The translations under genes were made by a program, and so were the position numbers. 64,000 bases of DNA, from contig BTVY01000004.1 in the NCBI GenBank assembly GCA_045863335.1, forward strand, positions 139,354 through 203,353, in the 5' to 3' direction. This DNA comes from Candidatus Hydrogenedentota bacterium (GTDB lineage: Bacteria > Hydrogenedentota > Hydrogenedentia > Hydrogenedentales > SLHB01). The notes under the pieces were generated by a model. That model worked only from the letters and a program-made list of their open reading frames with translations, was not told the DNA's origin and made no database searches. Positions within the stretch are counted from its first letter, which is position 1; each line of letters starts with the position of its first letter. This document shows, one piece after another, positions 56,101-64,000 of this stretch.

Positions 56101-57691
56101 CGTCCTGTATGCCTTCCTCGTCCCAGCCGCCGTCGGGATTCTGCAACGCGAGCAGTTCTTCGCGGAGGGCGTGGATGCGATCGGCGTACTTCTCCTTATT
56201 CATGTACGCGAGGCCGAGGAAAAGGTGAATCTTGTCCTGGAGCGTTTCGATGCGGGCCTCGGCTTCGGACGATGCGAAGATCGTTTCCAGGTTGTCGGCG
56301 GCCTGCTTGTACGTTTCGTCGCCGCTGCGGCGGTAGCACTCCTGCATCATGCGCCAGTCACGCCACGCGAACCCGAACTTGCTATCGAGGGGCACGACGC
56401 CATTCTGTTCGTCTTCCGGCAACACTTCGCGGTCGATCCAGGCGGCACGCATGAGGGGACCGAAGCGTTCGACGATGTCCGTCTCCCGGCCGCTGATCTG
56501 GCGCTCGAAGTCCGCGAGGATGCTGCCCTGTTTGCCTTGGGACTGGAGGGGAATGGCGATGAAGCGTTGCCAATAGAGATCGTCGGGGCCGTAGAACGGC
56601 GTGATGCTGTTGTAGATCCGCTCGACCACGTAGCGGAAGTTCGCCTTAGACTGGATGGGATAGCCGTTGCGATGGGCGACGAGATTGGCTTCCGTGGAAA
56701 ACACCGCGGGATGACATGCGGTGCAGCGCATGGCGGTTTCGTGCATGTTCTGCACGCGGCGGTAGATGTTGCCTTCGCGCGGCACCTGGGCGAACCACGC
56801 GTCACCCACGTCCATGATGTAGCGCAAGCCAATTTCGACGGCAAGCTGCGGATCGGAATACGGCGGCACGGGATACTTGTAGGACCGGATCATGTAACGG
56901 GGATGATTGGCGTTAACTTCGAGGTAGTAGGTGCCTTTGGTGAAGGTACGCGTGATGGATTTGGAGTACCGTTCCCGCTCGCGGTCGTGGACGATCTCCA
57001 TGGGGTCCTTCCCCTCGAGATACGGGACTGGCTCGCCGGGACCCGCGGGATCGAGCGTGTAGACCCGCATGTTCACGGATACGTCGCGGTCGGGCACGTC
57101 GAGTTCGAAGATGACGAGGCACGGTTCCTCGTCGGTGATGTCGATGCGGAACCAGTCGAGCCCCGTCTTCCCTTCCTCCTGGTTGTCGAGGTAGTCCACG
57201 TCGTCGACGCTGCCTTCCACCAGCGTGCCGATGGCGAGCGGGTTGGCCTGCGCGGGGGAATTGTTGGGTTCCGCCTCGAAACGTTGGGCGTGCTCGGGTC
57301 CGCCCAGTTCGACCCAGGCGGAATTCAAATGCACCGTTTGTGTCGAAGCGTTGGCAAAGGAGACTTGCGCGGGGCCTTCGGCGGAACCTTCGGGGAGTCG
57401 CAGGGGAAGATAGAAACTCGGATCGCCGGCGTGAAGGGACTTTTCGATGACCGTGCCGTCGGGTAGGGTTACCTGAGCGCGCAAGGCCGCGTCGGACGGG
57501 AGGCCGCCGGTCATGAGGCCGGTATCCAGCGCATAGGTGGCGCCGGCCGACATCGGCGCGGTCTGATACGTGAGCGTCGCTGAAGGTTCGATCGTTTGAT
57601 CGTCGGCTTGCCCGAGCCCGATGGGGACCGCTTCATCCGCGTTACCTATGGCGCAGAGGAAACACAGGGTAAATGCAGCGCGTCGAGACAT
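53102..57691 (-). CDS. Giant secreted multidomain protein: beta-sandwich, CxxCH, squalene-cyclase-type QW repeats, HEAT repeats, cytochrome c domain, F5/8 type C domain
   Basis: Signal MSRRAAFTLCFLCAIGNA; EAEPNN; CTACH; QNPDGGW and QKAFGGW; HEAT repeats; CADCH...SLVLRKP...HVGG; AVDGNSSTLWHT...YVPRQD...SAAE. Confidence 0.85.
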   Translation of the reverse strand: MSRRAAFTLCFLCAIGNADEAVPIGLGQADDQTIEPSATLTYQTAPMSAGATYALDTGLMTGGLPSDAALRAQVTLPDGTVIEKSLHAGDPSFYLPLRLPEGSAEGPAQVSFANASTQTVHLNSAWVELGGPEHAQRFEAEPNNSPAQANPLAIGTLVEGSVDDVDYLDNQEEGKTGLDWFRIDITDEEPCLVIFELDVPDRDVSVNMRVYTLDPAGPGEPVPYLEGKDPMEIVHDRERERYSKSITRTFTKGTYYLEVNANHPRYMIRSYKYPVPPYSDPQLAVEIGLRYIMDVGDAWFAQVPREGNIYRRVQNMHETAMRCTACHPAVFSTEANLVAHRNGYPIQSKANFRYVVERIYNSITPFYGPDDLYWQRFIAIPLQSQGKQGSILADFERQISGRETDIVERFGPLMRAAWIDREVLPEDEQNGVVPLDSKFGFAWRDWRMMQECYRRSGDETYKQAADNLETIFASSEAEARIETLQDKIHLFLGLAYMNKEKYADRIHALREELLALQNPDGGWDEEGIQDGTSAEYTTGQIVYSLIESGLTPQDEPRLESAAQFLLSRQKAFGGWFQTDTHENFRTPMRESRYALMALASVYPKGAPLSGLGNVNGQTASIPSADASAADAIEALENIWEVAPEDIDAIVAATLPLLERSEAPVRAAAASLLGRIGGDESVAPLMGLLDDPSKLVWREAAWGLRQLGNTGYGADALQIALNSADPLVRRSAARAFAYQFQGMDTRLDIAETFVELASDPDELTRLQALRTLRQWWYRTNNPEFKSRIIDTYIARMGVDGETPALRTNLAQNMYILFDENQSGGVSMQRNIRDLPEAVGKGVLDGRIAVEQSILLEPVLTALAEGNDLQREALLESFDGSFFKGRYYARVPRNMIDVGNDREFSFMFTPEQSYLDATLGKLIYAEDRPAQLRRGFQLASFFEMPNHTPSRDLQLALINGMFAEQPDLRATAREVVQRDLVLRATQEPDVASRVLELLAEPDRETRAIVLASIARSPEALANQAIIDKVQTLAEETLTADEPSAGLLPLVETAALDDRQAIAVLTSAWSALEERPASERIRVVNAITAREGIVGPREAAVENLDAAEQQLSRRGIRLLERAATDRDIAVREKVFEILPELEVLRRSKRAASILYAGLSDDSPAIRARSLALARENDRVWGEEDVHEYVLKLLIAADPKTREAALTTVVERNLITSEPRYAARVKAVMDGDADLQARAKEALRVAGLDPESITADAEIAAVRLPDILFYRDHVNTYFYEKGADKNACADCHATHTILGLAEPPKDGRPLTDDEIVANYRSMLKVLNTSDPEQSLVLRKPRSPFGTGQSSEESPTGVTHVGGTRWEEDTANEAYQAILAFVRTARADEQPVQRTASTDSYSPEYPPDLAVDGNSSTLWHTEFVGAMPGYPHELVIALDAPQPIAGLTYVPRQDSTNGRVKEFEVYVSQDGEQWGEPVASGAWANDAVPKTAFFPTQTARYVKLLGKSEVDGQPIMSAAEVEVLIDGTDAKPEA

Positions 57692-57838
57692 GGATCGGGT
57701 GCTCCTTGCAGCGGTACGGTTCAATCTGTGCCACCAGTCAACCCGAAGGGAGCGCGGTCGCGCTCAACCCGCGGGATCAGCTACGAAGACCCTTGCGCGA
57801 ATCAGTATCCCGCGCACCGCGCTTCAGATCAAGTCGTT

Positions 57839-59284
57839 TCACTTTGGAAGCGCGACAGTGCCGTTCCTTTTCGGACCGCCGAAAGGCGTGGGCCAGTCCG
57901 TTCGGGTCGCGGGGGCGCGGGTGTCGTAAAGGGCAAGCCAGCCCGGTTTGCCATCGATGACCACTAGCAGTTCGGACGTTCCATCGTCGTCAACGTCGCA
58001 GAAGGCCGTGTTCACAGGCCAGCCGGGCAGTTCGAGATGCTGTTTGATGCCACCGGTAGCGGAAACAACGTAGAGGTCGCCCCAGGGATCGCTGTTCGAA
58101 AGCCGCGCGTAGCCCGCAGGATTGCCGGTGCCTACCACGGCTTCGAGGGCTCCGTCTCCGTCGATGTCCGCCATGACGGGAGAGTTGGTGTCGAGATAGG
58201 CGCGATCGACGGGCGTGGTCCATTGCACGTCGCCCGAAACGAGATCGACGCACTGAATAGCACGAGTGCCATTGTGGCCGCCGTCACGCGTGTTTGTCAT
58301 GCCAACGCCTTCCAGCGCCGGATCGGTGTCCAGATTTCCAATGGTGAGCCCGGTACAACCGAAGGGTATACGACGAAGCAGCGCGCCAGTGCGATCAAAT
58401 ACGTGGATGTGATTCCACTCCTGATTCTGCCGGTGCTCCAGATCGAGACCGACTTTGACGAGTTCTTCCGTGTCATCGCCATCCACATCCGCGACGAAAA
58501 TCGGGGTCGATCCCAGATCTTCCTTGTGCCCATCCGAACGCCAAACGGGTTGGCCCGCTGAATTGAGCGCTATCAGGGACGAGGAGAGGTCATCGTTGTT
58601 GTACTCGCTACCGAAGACGATGTCGTCGCGGCCATCGCTGTCGAGATCGGCGAGTGCCGGAAGGCTCCAACAGAAGAGCACGCCGGTATCGCTGTGCCAA
58701 CGCGCAGACCAATCGGACGTGGCGTAGCGGAAGAGATTCCGTTGATCCGCGTATAGGAAATCGGTGACGCCGTCTTGGTCCAGATCGGCCACGACGGAAT
58801 TGTTGTTACCGAAGTGAGTCACATTCGGGAGATGTTGCCGTGGCATTCCGGTTACCGCATCGAGAACTACGGCGCCCCCGGGCGTTTCGGGATTCGCGGG
58901 AACATATGAGTACACGATGGACCCGCCCCAATCGCCGCTTGCAGGAATCCACTGCAAATACGCGCCCGGTTGCGACTCGCCGCCTGATTCGTCGTGAACC
59001 GCGGTCCATAGCAGCTCACCATGAGCGTTCACGGCGAGAACGGAGGCGCGCTTTGTGCCGTTCTCTTCATAGGCCCCTTGCACACCAATCACGACGCGGT
59101 CGTCGATCCGCCCAACGACGGCATTGACGGAGCTGTGGAGGCCGGTATCGAATCGCCAGCGTTCCTGAAGCGGGCCTTCCGCGTGGACGCCGGTGGTCGC
59201 CAATACGATGGCAAGCCATCGGATGGCGACCTTCTTTCGATACGGCGCGATGGAAGTTTTCGCTTGAAACGATTTGCGCTCCAT
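57839..59284 (-). CDS. Secreted FG-GAP/VCBS (PQQ-like) beta-propeller protein
   Basis: Repeats ADLDQDG, ADLDSDG, ADVDGDD, ADIDGDG, CDVDDDG; C-terminal WPTPFGGPKRNG. Confidence 0.82.
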   Translation of the reverse strand: MERKSFQAKTSIAPYRKKVAIRWLAIVLATTGVHAEGPLQERWRFDTGLHSSVNAVVGRIDDRVVIGVQGAYEENGTKRASVLAVNAHGELLWTAVHDESGGESQPGAYLQWIPASGDWGGSIVYSYVPANPETPGGAVVLDAVTGMPRQHLPNVTHFGNNNSVVADLDQDGVTDFLYADQRNLFRYATSDWSARWHSDTGVLFCWSLPALADLDSDGRDDIVFGSEYNNDDLSSSLIALNSAGQPVWRSDGHKEDLGSTPIFVADVDGDDTEELVKVGLDLEHRQNQEWNHIHVFDRTGALLRRIPFGCTGLTIGNLDTDPALEGVGMTNTRDGGHNGTRAIQCVDLVSGDVQWTTPVDRAYLDTNSPVMADIDGDGALEAVVGTGNPAGYARLSNSDPWGDLYVVSATGGIKQHLELPGWPVNTAFCDVDDDGTSELLVVIDGKPGWLALYDTRAPATRTDWPTPFGGPKRNGTVALPK

Positions 59285-59285
59285 T

Positions 59286-60713
59286 CTACGGTCCCTCCAT
59301 TGTGCATTGCACCACCATGCGCGACGGTAACGCCGTCCACGGCTTGGAGATGACGTCCAACTCCGAAACGGACAACACCAGGTGCGCATCGGAATCGGCC
59401 ACGCCGGACTCCCTGGCGCACCACCGCGCAAACGCGATCAATCGCATCGATTGCGGCTGCTCGCTCTCCGGATTCGCCATGTCCCTGATCCAGCGTTCCC
59501 AGCGTATGCCGCCCACCCGAAGGCGGAGAGGCGTTAGGTCGATCGTGCGGGGCTTCTCATTTACGGTCGCTTCGAGAACCGCCGTGTACATACGCGATCG
59601 CATCACCTCAGCAAAGGTAGGGTAGCATGCGAAGGGCCAGCCCTGGGTTTCCGCCTTTGCTCCGGCGAACGATACCGCCAGCACGACGAGCGCGCTTACC
59701 GCAGTGGTTTGTACGGGAATGGACTGCGCGGCCAATTCGCTGCCTCCTTCCACAGCTGCGCTCGTGCGGGTAATGCTCCGGCGTGCGAGCGCGCCCCAGT
59801 CTATGAACAGGACGTAACACGCGAGCAGGGGATGAAACAGAATGTTTAGGAGGTACCAGTTGGCGAGGTGGAAAGCGACGCCTGCGACTATCGCGAGTAC
59901 TCGTGAGCGTGGCCGGAATAAGGCGAAGAGAAACGTCAATTCAAAGAGGATAACGGCCGCTCCGCCGGCGTTTAGCAGGATTGGAAACTCGAGGATCCAC
60001 TGCCCGCGGGTCATGTCCTGCATGGCGTGGTAGCGGAGCACGAGGTTCGTCAAGTTGTCGCCGGTGATCCAATCGATGCCGGAGGTCCAAAGTTTCCAGA
60101 ATCCGGGAAAGAAGTATGCGAGCCCGATGAGGATCTCCGCGACGCGAATCGGGAAGCCGTAAGCGCTACTGCGATTCGAGATGCCGACGAGACGCTTCCG
60201 GCTTCGAGACCGGATCAGGGCGTCAACCGACAGCGCATCGCCGCAGGGGGACGCGGCCAGAATCATGAGAAACCAGATGAGGTGGTTGTAGTGGCCGACT
60301 TTGCCGACGCATTGCGGCACGCCCAGCACGTACATGCCCAGGACGGCGGCGATGACGGCGCAAGTGCGGGAACAGAATCCCACCATACCAAGTGCGCAAA
60401 CGATTATGAGCGCCCAACCGGCGTAGCGGACCGTTTCGGGATCGAAGGGCGCCAGCGAGACGAGCCAGCCCATGCCCCAAGGTACATCCATGAGTTCGGG
60501 CGGGATGCCTGCCAACCAGACCGCGTCGTCGAGATTGGTCTTTTGCAGGACAAGGGCGAAGACGACGATGCGAAACACCGCGAGATTGGCGGGCGCCATG
60601 GGGGTCAACAGGAAATCCCGGACGGCGTGGATGAAACGGCGCGGGGTCCGGAAGGCAAGAAGCGCTAGCGCGGCGATGATGGCGAGGAGAAGAATTCGCG
60701 AGAGCGCGAGCAT
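59286..60713 (-). CDS. HTTM-domain membrane protein (vitamin-K-dependent carboxylase/SdpB-like)
   Basis: LAVFRIV, GKVGH, DALSVD, YFFPGFWKL..SGIDWITG, FEL, FHLAN, WPFACYPTFA. Confidence 0.82.
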   Translation of the reverse strand: MLALSRILLLAIIAALALLAFRTPRRFIHAVRDFLLTPMAPANLAVFRIVVFALVLQKTNLDDAVWLAGIPPELMDVPWGMGWLVSLAPFDPETVRYAGWALIIVCALGMVGFCSRTCAVIAAVLGMYVLGVPQCVGKVGHYNHLIWFLMILAASPCGDALSVDALIRSRSRKRLVGISNRSSAYGFPIRVAEILIGLAYFFPGFWKLWTSGIDWITGDNLTNLVLRYHAMQDMTRGQWILEFPILLNAGGAAVILFELTFLFALFRPRSRVLAIVAGVAFHLANWYLLNILFHPLLACYVLFIDWGALARRSITRTSAAVEGGSELAAQSIPVQTTAVSALVVLAVSFAGAKAETQGWPFACYPTFAEVMRSRMYTAVLEATVNEKPRTIDLTPLRLRVGGIRWERWIRDMANPESEQPQSMRLIAFARWCARESGVADSDAHLVLSVSELDVISKPWTALPSRMVVQCTMEGP

Positions 60714-62578
60714 CAGCCCCGGTCAACTCGAAGCTCCGGCGTGAAGTCTTCGCCGGGGTTGATGAACTCGTCCATTTCCAACTGATACTGCTTGTCGTGC
60801 AGTTGCCGGTAACGGCCGTGCAGTTCGAATAACTCCTGGTGGGTGCCGCGCTCGATGATTTCCCCTTCTTCGAGAACGAGAATCTGGTCGGCGCTGCGAA
60901 TCGTGGAGAGCCGGTGCGCGATGACGAAGGTGGTGCGTCCACGGCGGAGCGACCGCAGGGCGTCTTGAATGAGCGCTTCGCTTTCGCTGTCGAGGCTCGA
61001 CGTTGCCTCGTCGAGGATGAGCACGCTGGGGTTGGCGAGGATCGCGCGCGCGATGGCGATGCGTTGCCGTTGTCCACCGGATAAGCGCACGCCACGTTCG
61101 CCGACGATGGTGTCGTACTTGTTCTCGAAGGCGTCGATGAACTCATGGCTATGGGCGATCTTGCTGACGTGAATTACCTCCTCCAACGATGCATTCGGCT
61201 TGGAAAAGCGAATGTTGTCAGCGACGGTTCCGTCGAAGAGGAAATTATCCTGCATAACGATGCCGGTGTGGTCGCGGTAGTCGTGAAGGCGAATGTCGTT
61301 GAGATCTCGTCCGTCGATGAGGATGCGGCCGTCGGTCGGACGATTGAACGCCATGACCAGCGAGATCATCGTGCTCTTGCCCGAACCGCTGGACCCGACG
61401 AGCGCGGTCGTGGACCCGGCGGGCGCGTGGAACGACACGCCGCGCAACACGGGGGTGTCGGGGAGATATTCGAACCAGACGTTCTCGAACCGCACGTCGC
61501 CTTCGACCGACGCGATAGGCTGTTTGTCCGCTTCCTCGTCGATCTCTGTAGGCATGGAGAGGATTTCGTGGATGCGGTCCAACCCGGCGAAGGCGTCGCT
61601 GATCTGGGTGCCGATGGAGGCGATCTGGACCACCGGCGCGGCAACCATGGCGGTGAACGCGATGTACATGACGAAGTCGCCGATGGTCATTTGTCCGGAA
61701 AGGATCGAGTTCCCGCCCACGGTAATCATGATGACGCCAATGACGCCCACAATGACTGTCGATACGGCGGTCGTACTGGACACGCCAATCATCGACTTCG
61801 CAATATTTCGGAAGAGCCGGTGCGCGCCCTGGGTGAATACGATCTGCTCGCGGCGCTCGGCGGTGTACGCCTTTACAATGCGAATGCCGCCGAGGGATTC
61901 CGTGAGGCGTCCGGTAACTTCGGCATTGATCTGTCCTCGCGCGCGGAAGATGGGGCGCAGGCGTTTGAAGGTAAACGCCATAAAGATGCCGAATGCGCCG
62001 AGCGTAAGAATGGTCAGGGAAGTGAGCTTCCAATTGATCCAGAAAAGCACGGACAGCGCGATCGTTGCGGTGATGACGCCGCCCACCAATTGAAGCAGGC
62101 CCGTGCCGACGAGGTTTCGAATACCCTCGGCGTCGGTCATGATGCGCGAAATCAGGACGCCGGACTGGGTGGAATCGAAAAAGCGGATCGGCAAACGCGA
62201 TACGTGCTTCTGCACACGGCGGCGCATGTCGGTGATCGCCTTCTGCGCGGCCACGCTGATGATGAGGGAGTTCGCGAACGAGGTGAAGGCCTGGATTAGC
62301 GTCGCGCCGCCCACAGCCAACGCCACCCACCACAGGAGTTCAATCTGACTAGTCGCTTCAAGAAACGGCAGGTCGGGCACATCGCCATCGACGGACTGGC
62401 CGGTGAGAGCCTCCACCACGAATTTAGATGAAAATGGAAGCACCATGCCCGCGGCGCGGTTGATGAGCATGAGCGTCATGCCGATGGCCAGGCGGTGGCG
62501 ATGACGCCAAATCAGCGCGCGCGCTTCGCGCCACACGTCGGATGCGTTGAGTTTGCGTTTCTTTTCAGAGATTGCCAT
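60713..62578 (-). CDS. ABC exporter, fused permease and ATPase (MsbA/Sav1866 type)
   Basis: TM domain plus GSSGSGKST, LSGGQ, LILDEAT, IAHRLST. Confidence 0.95.
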   Translation of the reverse strand: MAISEKKRKLNASDVWREARALIWRHRHRLAIGMTLMLINRAAGMVLPFSSKFVVEALTGQSVDGDVPDLPFLEATSQIELLWWVALAVGGATLIQAFTSFANSLIISVAAQKAITDMRRRVQKHVSRLPIRFFDSTQSGVLISRIMTDAEGIRNLVGTGLLQLVGGVITATIALSVLFWINWKLTSLTILTLGAFGIFMAFTFKRLRPIFRARGQINAEVTGRLTESLGGIRIVKAYTAERREQIVFTQGAHRLFRNIAKSMIGVSSTTAVSTVIVGVIGVIMITVGGNSILSGQMTIGDFVMYIAFTAMVAAPVVQIASIGTQISDAFAGLDRIHEILSMPTEIDEEADKQPIASVEGDVRFENVWFEYLPDTPVLRGVSFHAPAGSTTALVGSSGSGKSTMISLVMAFNRPTDGRILIDGRDLNDIRLHDYRDHTGIVMQDNFLFDGTVADNIRFSKPNASLEEVIHVSKIAHSHEFIDAFENKYDTIVGERGVRLSGGQRQRIAIARAILANPSVLILDEATSSLDSESEALIQDALRSLRRGRTTFVIAHRLSTIRSADQILVLEEGEIIERGTHQELFELHGRYRQLHDKQYQLEMDEFINPGEDFTPELRVDRG

Positions 62579-62635
62579 GGGAGTCGCCTTGTATGCGGAA
62601 GATTTGACTATTCTACAGCGGAAGCGGTGGGGATT

Positions 62636-63892
62636 TCAGCTTTGCGCCAGCGCGGCCGCCTTGGCTTGCTCCAGGCGCTGCACGCGGTGCTTTCCGTGCT
62701 GGATCAAGAAAACCTGCAAGCCGATGGCCGCCAGCATAAACAGGGGCGTGTATTGAAAGGACACGACGTGGCCGTAGTGTCCGGTCAGATACCCGACGAT
62801 GAGACTGCCGGCAAAGCCACCGGTTCCTACGGCGGCTTCGTTCATGGCGGCGCGCCGGTGCTTTAACGCGGGATTGCCGAGGCTGTAGTACACGCCGGAG
62901 AAGAACGCGACGCCAAGGTAGACGCCGACGACGCTGAAGCACGCAAGCATGATCGCGAGACTCTTCGTCCAGGCCAGCATCCAGAAGGCCGCGGCGGAGA
63001 GCACTTGAATCCAGAACAGCACAGAAAAGCGGTGGCGCCAGCCGGTCGTCCGCCCCATAACGAGGAAGGTCAACGCGGTGGAGAAGGCCAGGATAAAGGC
63101 TAACCAGGAGTACTTGGTTGCGGGCGCGGAGGACAGAAATGCCGCGGGGCTTGATTCGAACAAGAAGCGTAGTTCACCCGCAGCGACGAGATCGTCCACG
63201 CGTTTCGGGTATACGGATCGGGTGATCCCCGCCAGCGCGTTGGCAAAGAGGACGGCGCTCCATCCGCAGGTCAGATAGATTTCGCTGGCGCGATCGTGGC
63301 TGGCCCGGGCCAGAATCATCTCTTCGGTGGCATCGGCGAAATGGCTTCGCTCGTGCGGCATGGACCGGACCAGGGCAAAGGCCACGGCGCCCAGCGCGAA
63401 CAGCAATACGAAGGGCAAGCGGTAATCAATGTCGTAAAAGGGTCCTGCAAACAAGGGACTGATAGCGAACCCGAAACTCCACGCGATGTTGAACCACCCC
63501 ATGTTGCGGGAGCGAATGGCGGGGTCCGGCTCCCCTCCGACCCACGAATGGAGCGCGGGCCAGACGAGGGCTAGGGACGCGCAGGCCAAGGTGGAAACGA
63601 CGCCGCAAAACCAGGCGTTGCGGTACACCGGCATCAAGCAGAAGAGGCCGGTATAGAGCACGAGTCCGACGAGGGCCCAGGAGAGCCCGTTTTTCGCGCG
63701 CGACACGAAACCGGCGGACATGAGACAGGCCAGGGCATACGCGGCGGCCTGGGTGGCCCCGATGACGCCGGACATGGTGGCTGATCCGCCCAGTTGGTTG
63801 TAAATAAAAAAGGGGGTCGCGGTCATTCCAACCATGACGGCGAAGTCGGTGGCGAATGCGGCGAGACAAATGCGTGCGTGAGGGCGAAACAT
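62636..63892 (-). CDS. MFS transporter
   Basis: About 12 TM segments; VWPALHSW, MGWFNIAWSFG pattern. Confidence 0.85.
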   Translation of the reverse strand: MFRPHARICLAAFATDFAVMVGMTATPFFIYNQLGGSATMSGVIGATQAAAYALACLMSAGFVSRAKNGLSWALVGLVLYTGLFCLMPVYRNAWFCGVVSTLACASLALVWPALHSWVGGEPDPAIRSRNMGWFNIAWSFGFAISPLFAGPFYDIDYRLPFVLLFALGAVAFALVRSMPHERSHFADATEEMILARASHDRASEIYLTCGWSAVLFANALAGITRSVYPKRVDDLVAAGELRFLFESSPAAFLSSAPATKYSWLAFILAFSTALTFLVMGRTTGWRHRFSVLFWIQVLSAAAFWMLAWTKSLAIMLACFSVVGVYLGVAFFSGVYYSLGNPALKHRRAAMNEAAVGTGGFAGSLIVGYLTGHYGHVVSFQYTPLFMLAAIGLQVFLIQHGKHRVQRLEQAKAAALAQS

Positions 63893-63947
63893 ATTCGCGG
63901 GAGTGTACCGCGTCGTCCCGCTGCAATCAATCTCGAAACGCGAAGTT

Positions 63948-64000
63948 TGTCAAGACTCGTTAGAAATGTCCTCTGGCTTAACTCGTTAGAAATGTCCTCT
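63948..64000 (+). mobile_element. Probable insertion-sequence terminus (TGT end with subterminal repeats, IS1202/ISNCY-like), truncated by window edge
   Basis: TGTCAAG followed by ACTCGTTAGAAATGTCCTCT at 63955-63974 and 63981-64000 (period 26). Confidence 0.55.

Noticed and set aside
55841-57466. 541-aa plus-strand ORF and similar long antisense ORFs (17120-18499, 7524-8750, 27177-28403, 61145-62299)
   Set aside because: Antisense shadows of well-supported genes, expected in high-GC DNA.
53102-57691. Squalene-hopene cyclase call for the giant protein
   Set aside because: Only two QW-like repeats, no DxDD catalytic motif, and it appears to be exported.
63955-64000. Start of a CRISPR array
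   Set aside because: The repeats are 20 bp with only 6 bp between them, far too short for a spacer, and no cas genes are present; an IS end fits better.
1-64000. tRNA, rRNA, prophage, integrase or defence-system genes
   Set aside because: No such signatures were recognised by eye; tRNAscan-SE, Infernal and DefenseFinder would be needed to exclude them formally.

Overview
High-GC bacterial chromosomal window with about 45 protein-coding genes. No rRNA, tRNA or CRISPR array was seen. The gene content resembles a PVC- or Hydrogenedentota-like anaerobic glycan degrader, but taxonomy is only an inference. In order: the 3' part of an [FeFe]-hydrogenase maturation operon (aspA-like, hydF, hydE, rex); a short GGQ ribosome-rescue factor resembling C12orf65; a sigma28-driven YjfB-like small gene; a PTS-less aldolase/SorE-like/SrlD sugar-phosphate operon; and a PAS-LOV-PP2C photoreceptor. 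Many secreted carbohydrate-active proteins are scattered through the window. A more AT-rich cassette encodes a secreted 14-Cys protein, a LolA-like protein and a DUF1573 lipoprotein, divergent from a CarboxypepD_reg-repeat protein; this is the best candidate for an undescribed system. Further on are a sigma54 activator with its divergent -24/-12 promoter, a fatty acyl-CoA reductase, a flippase with a GT-C-like gene, thiF, and a C25 peptidase with a phage-fibre-like insert. The last part holds an FHA-GAF sigma54 activator, recD2, and an MFS-ABC-HTTM-FG-GAP unit followed by a ~1530-aa diheme/HEAT/discoidin protein. A probable IS end lies at the right edge, and several short intergenic repeat families are present. 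All family calls come from reading motifs by eye, not from database searches.
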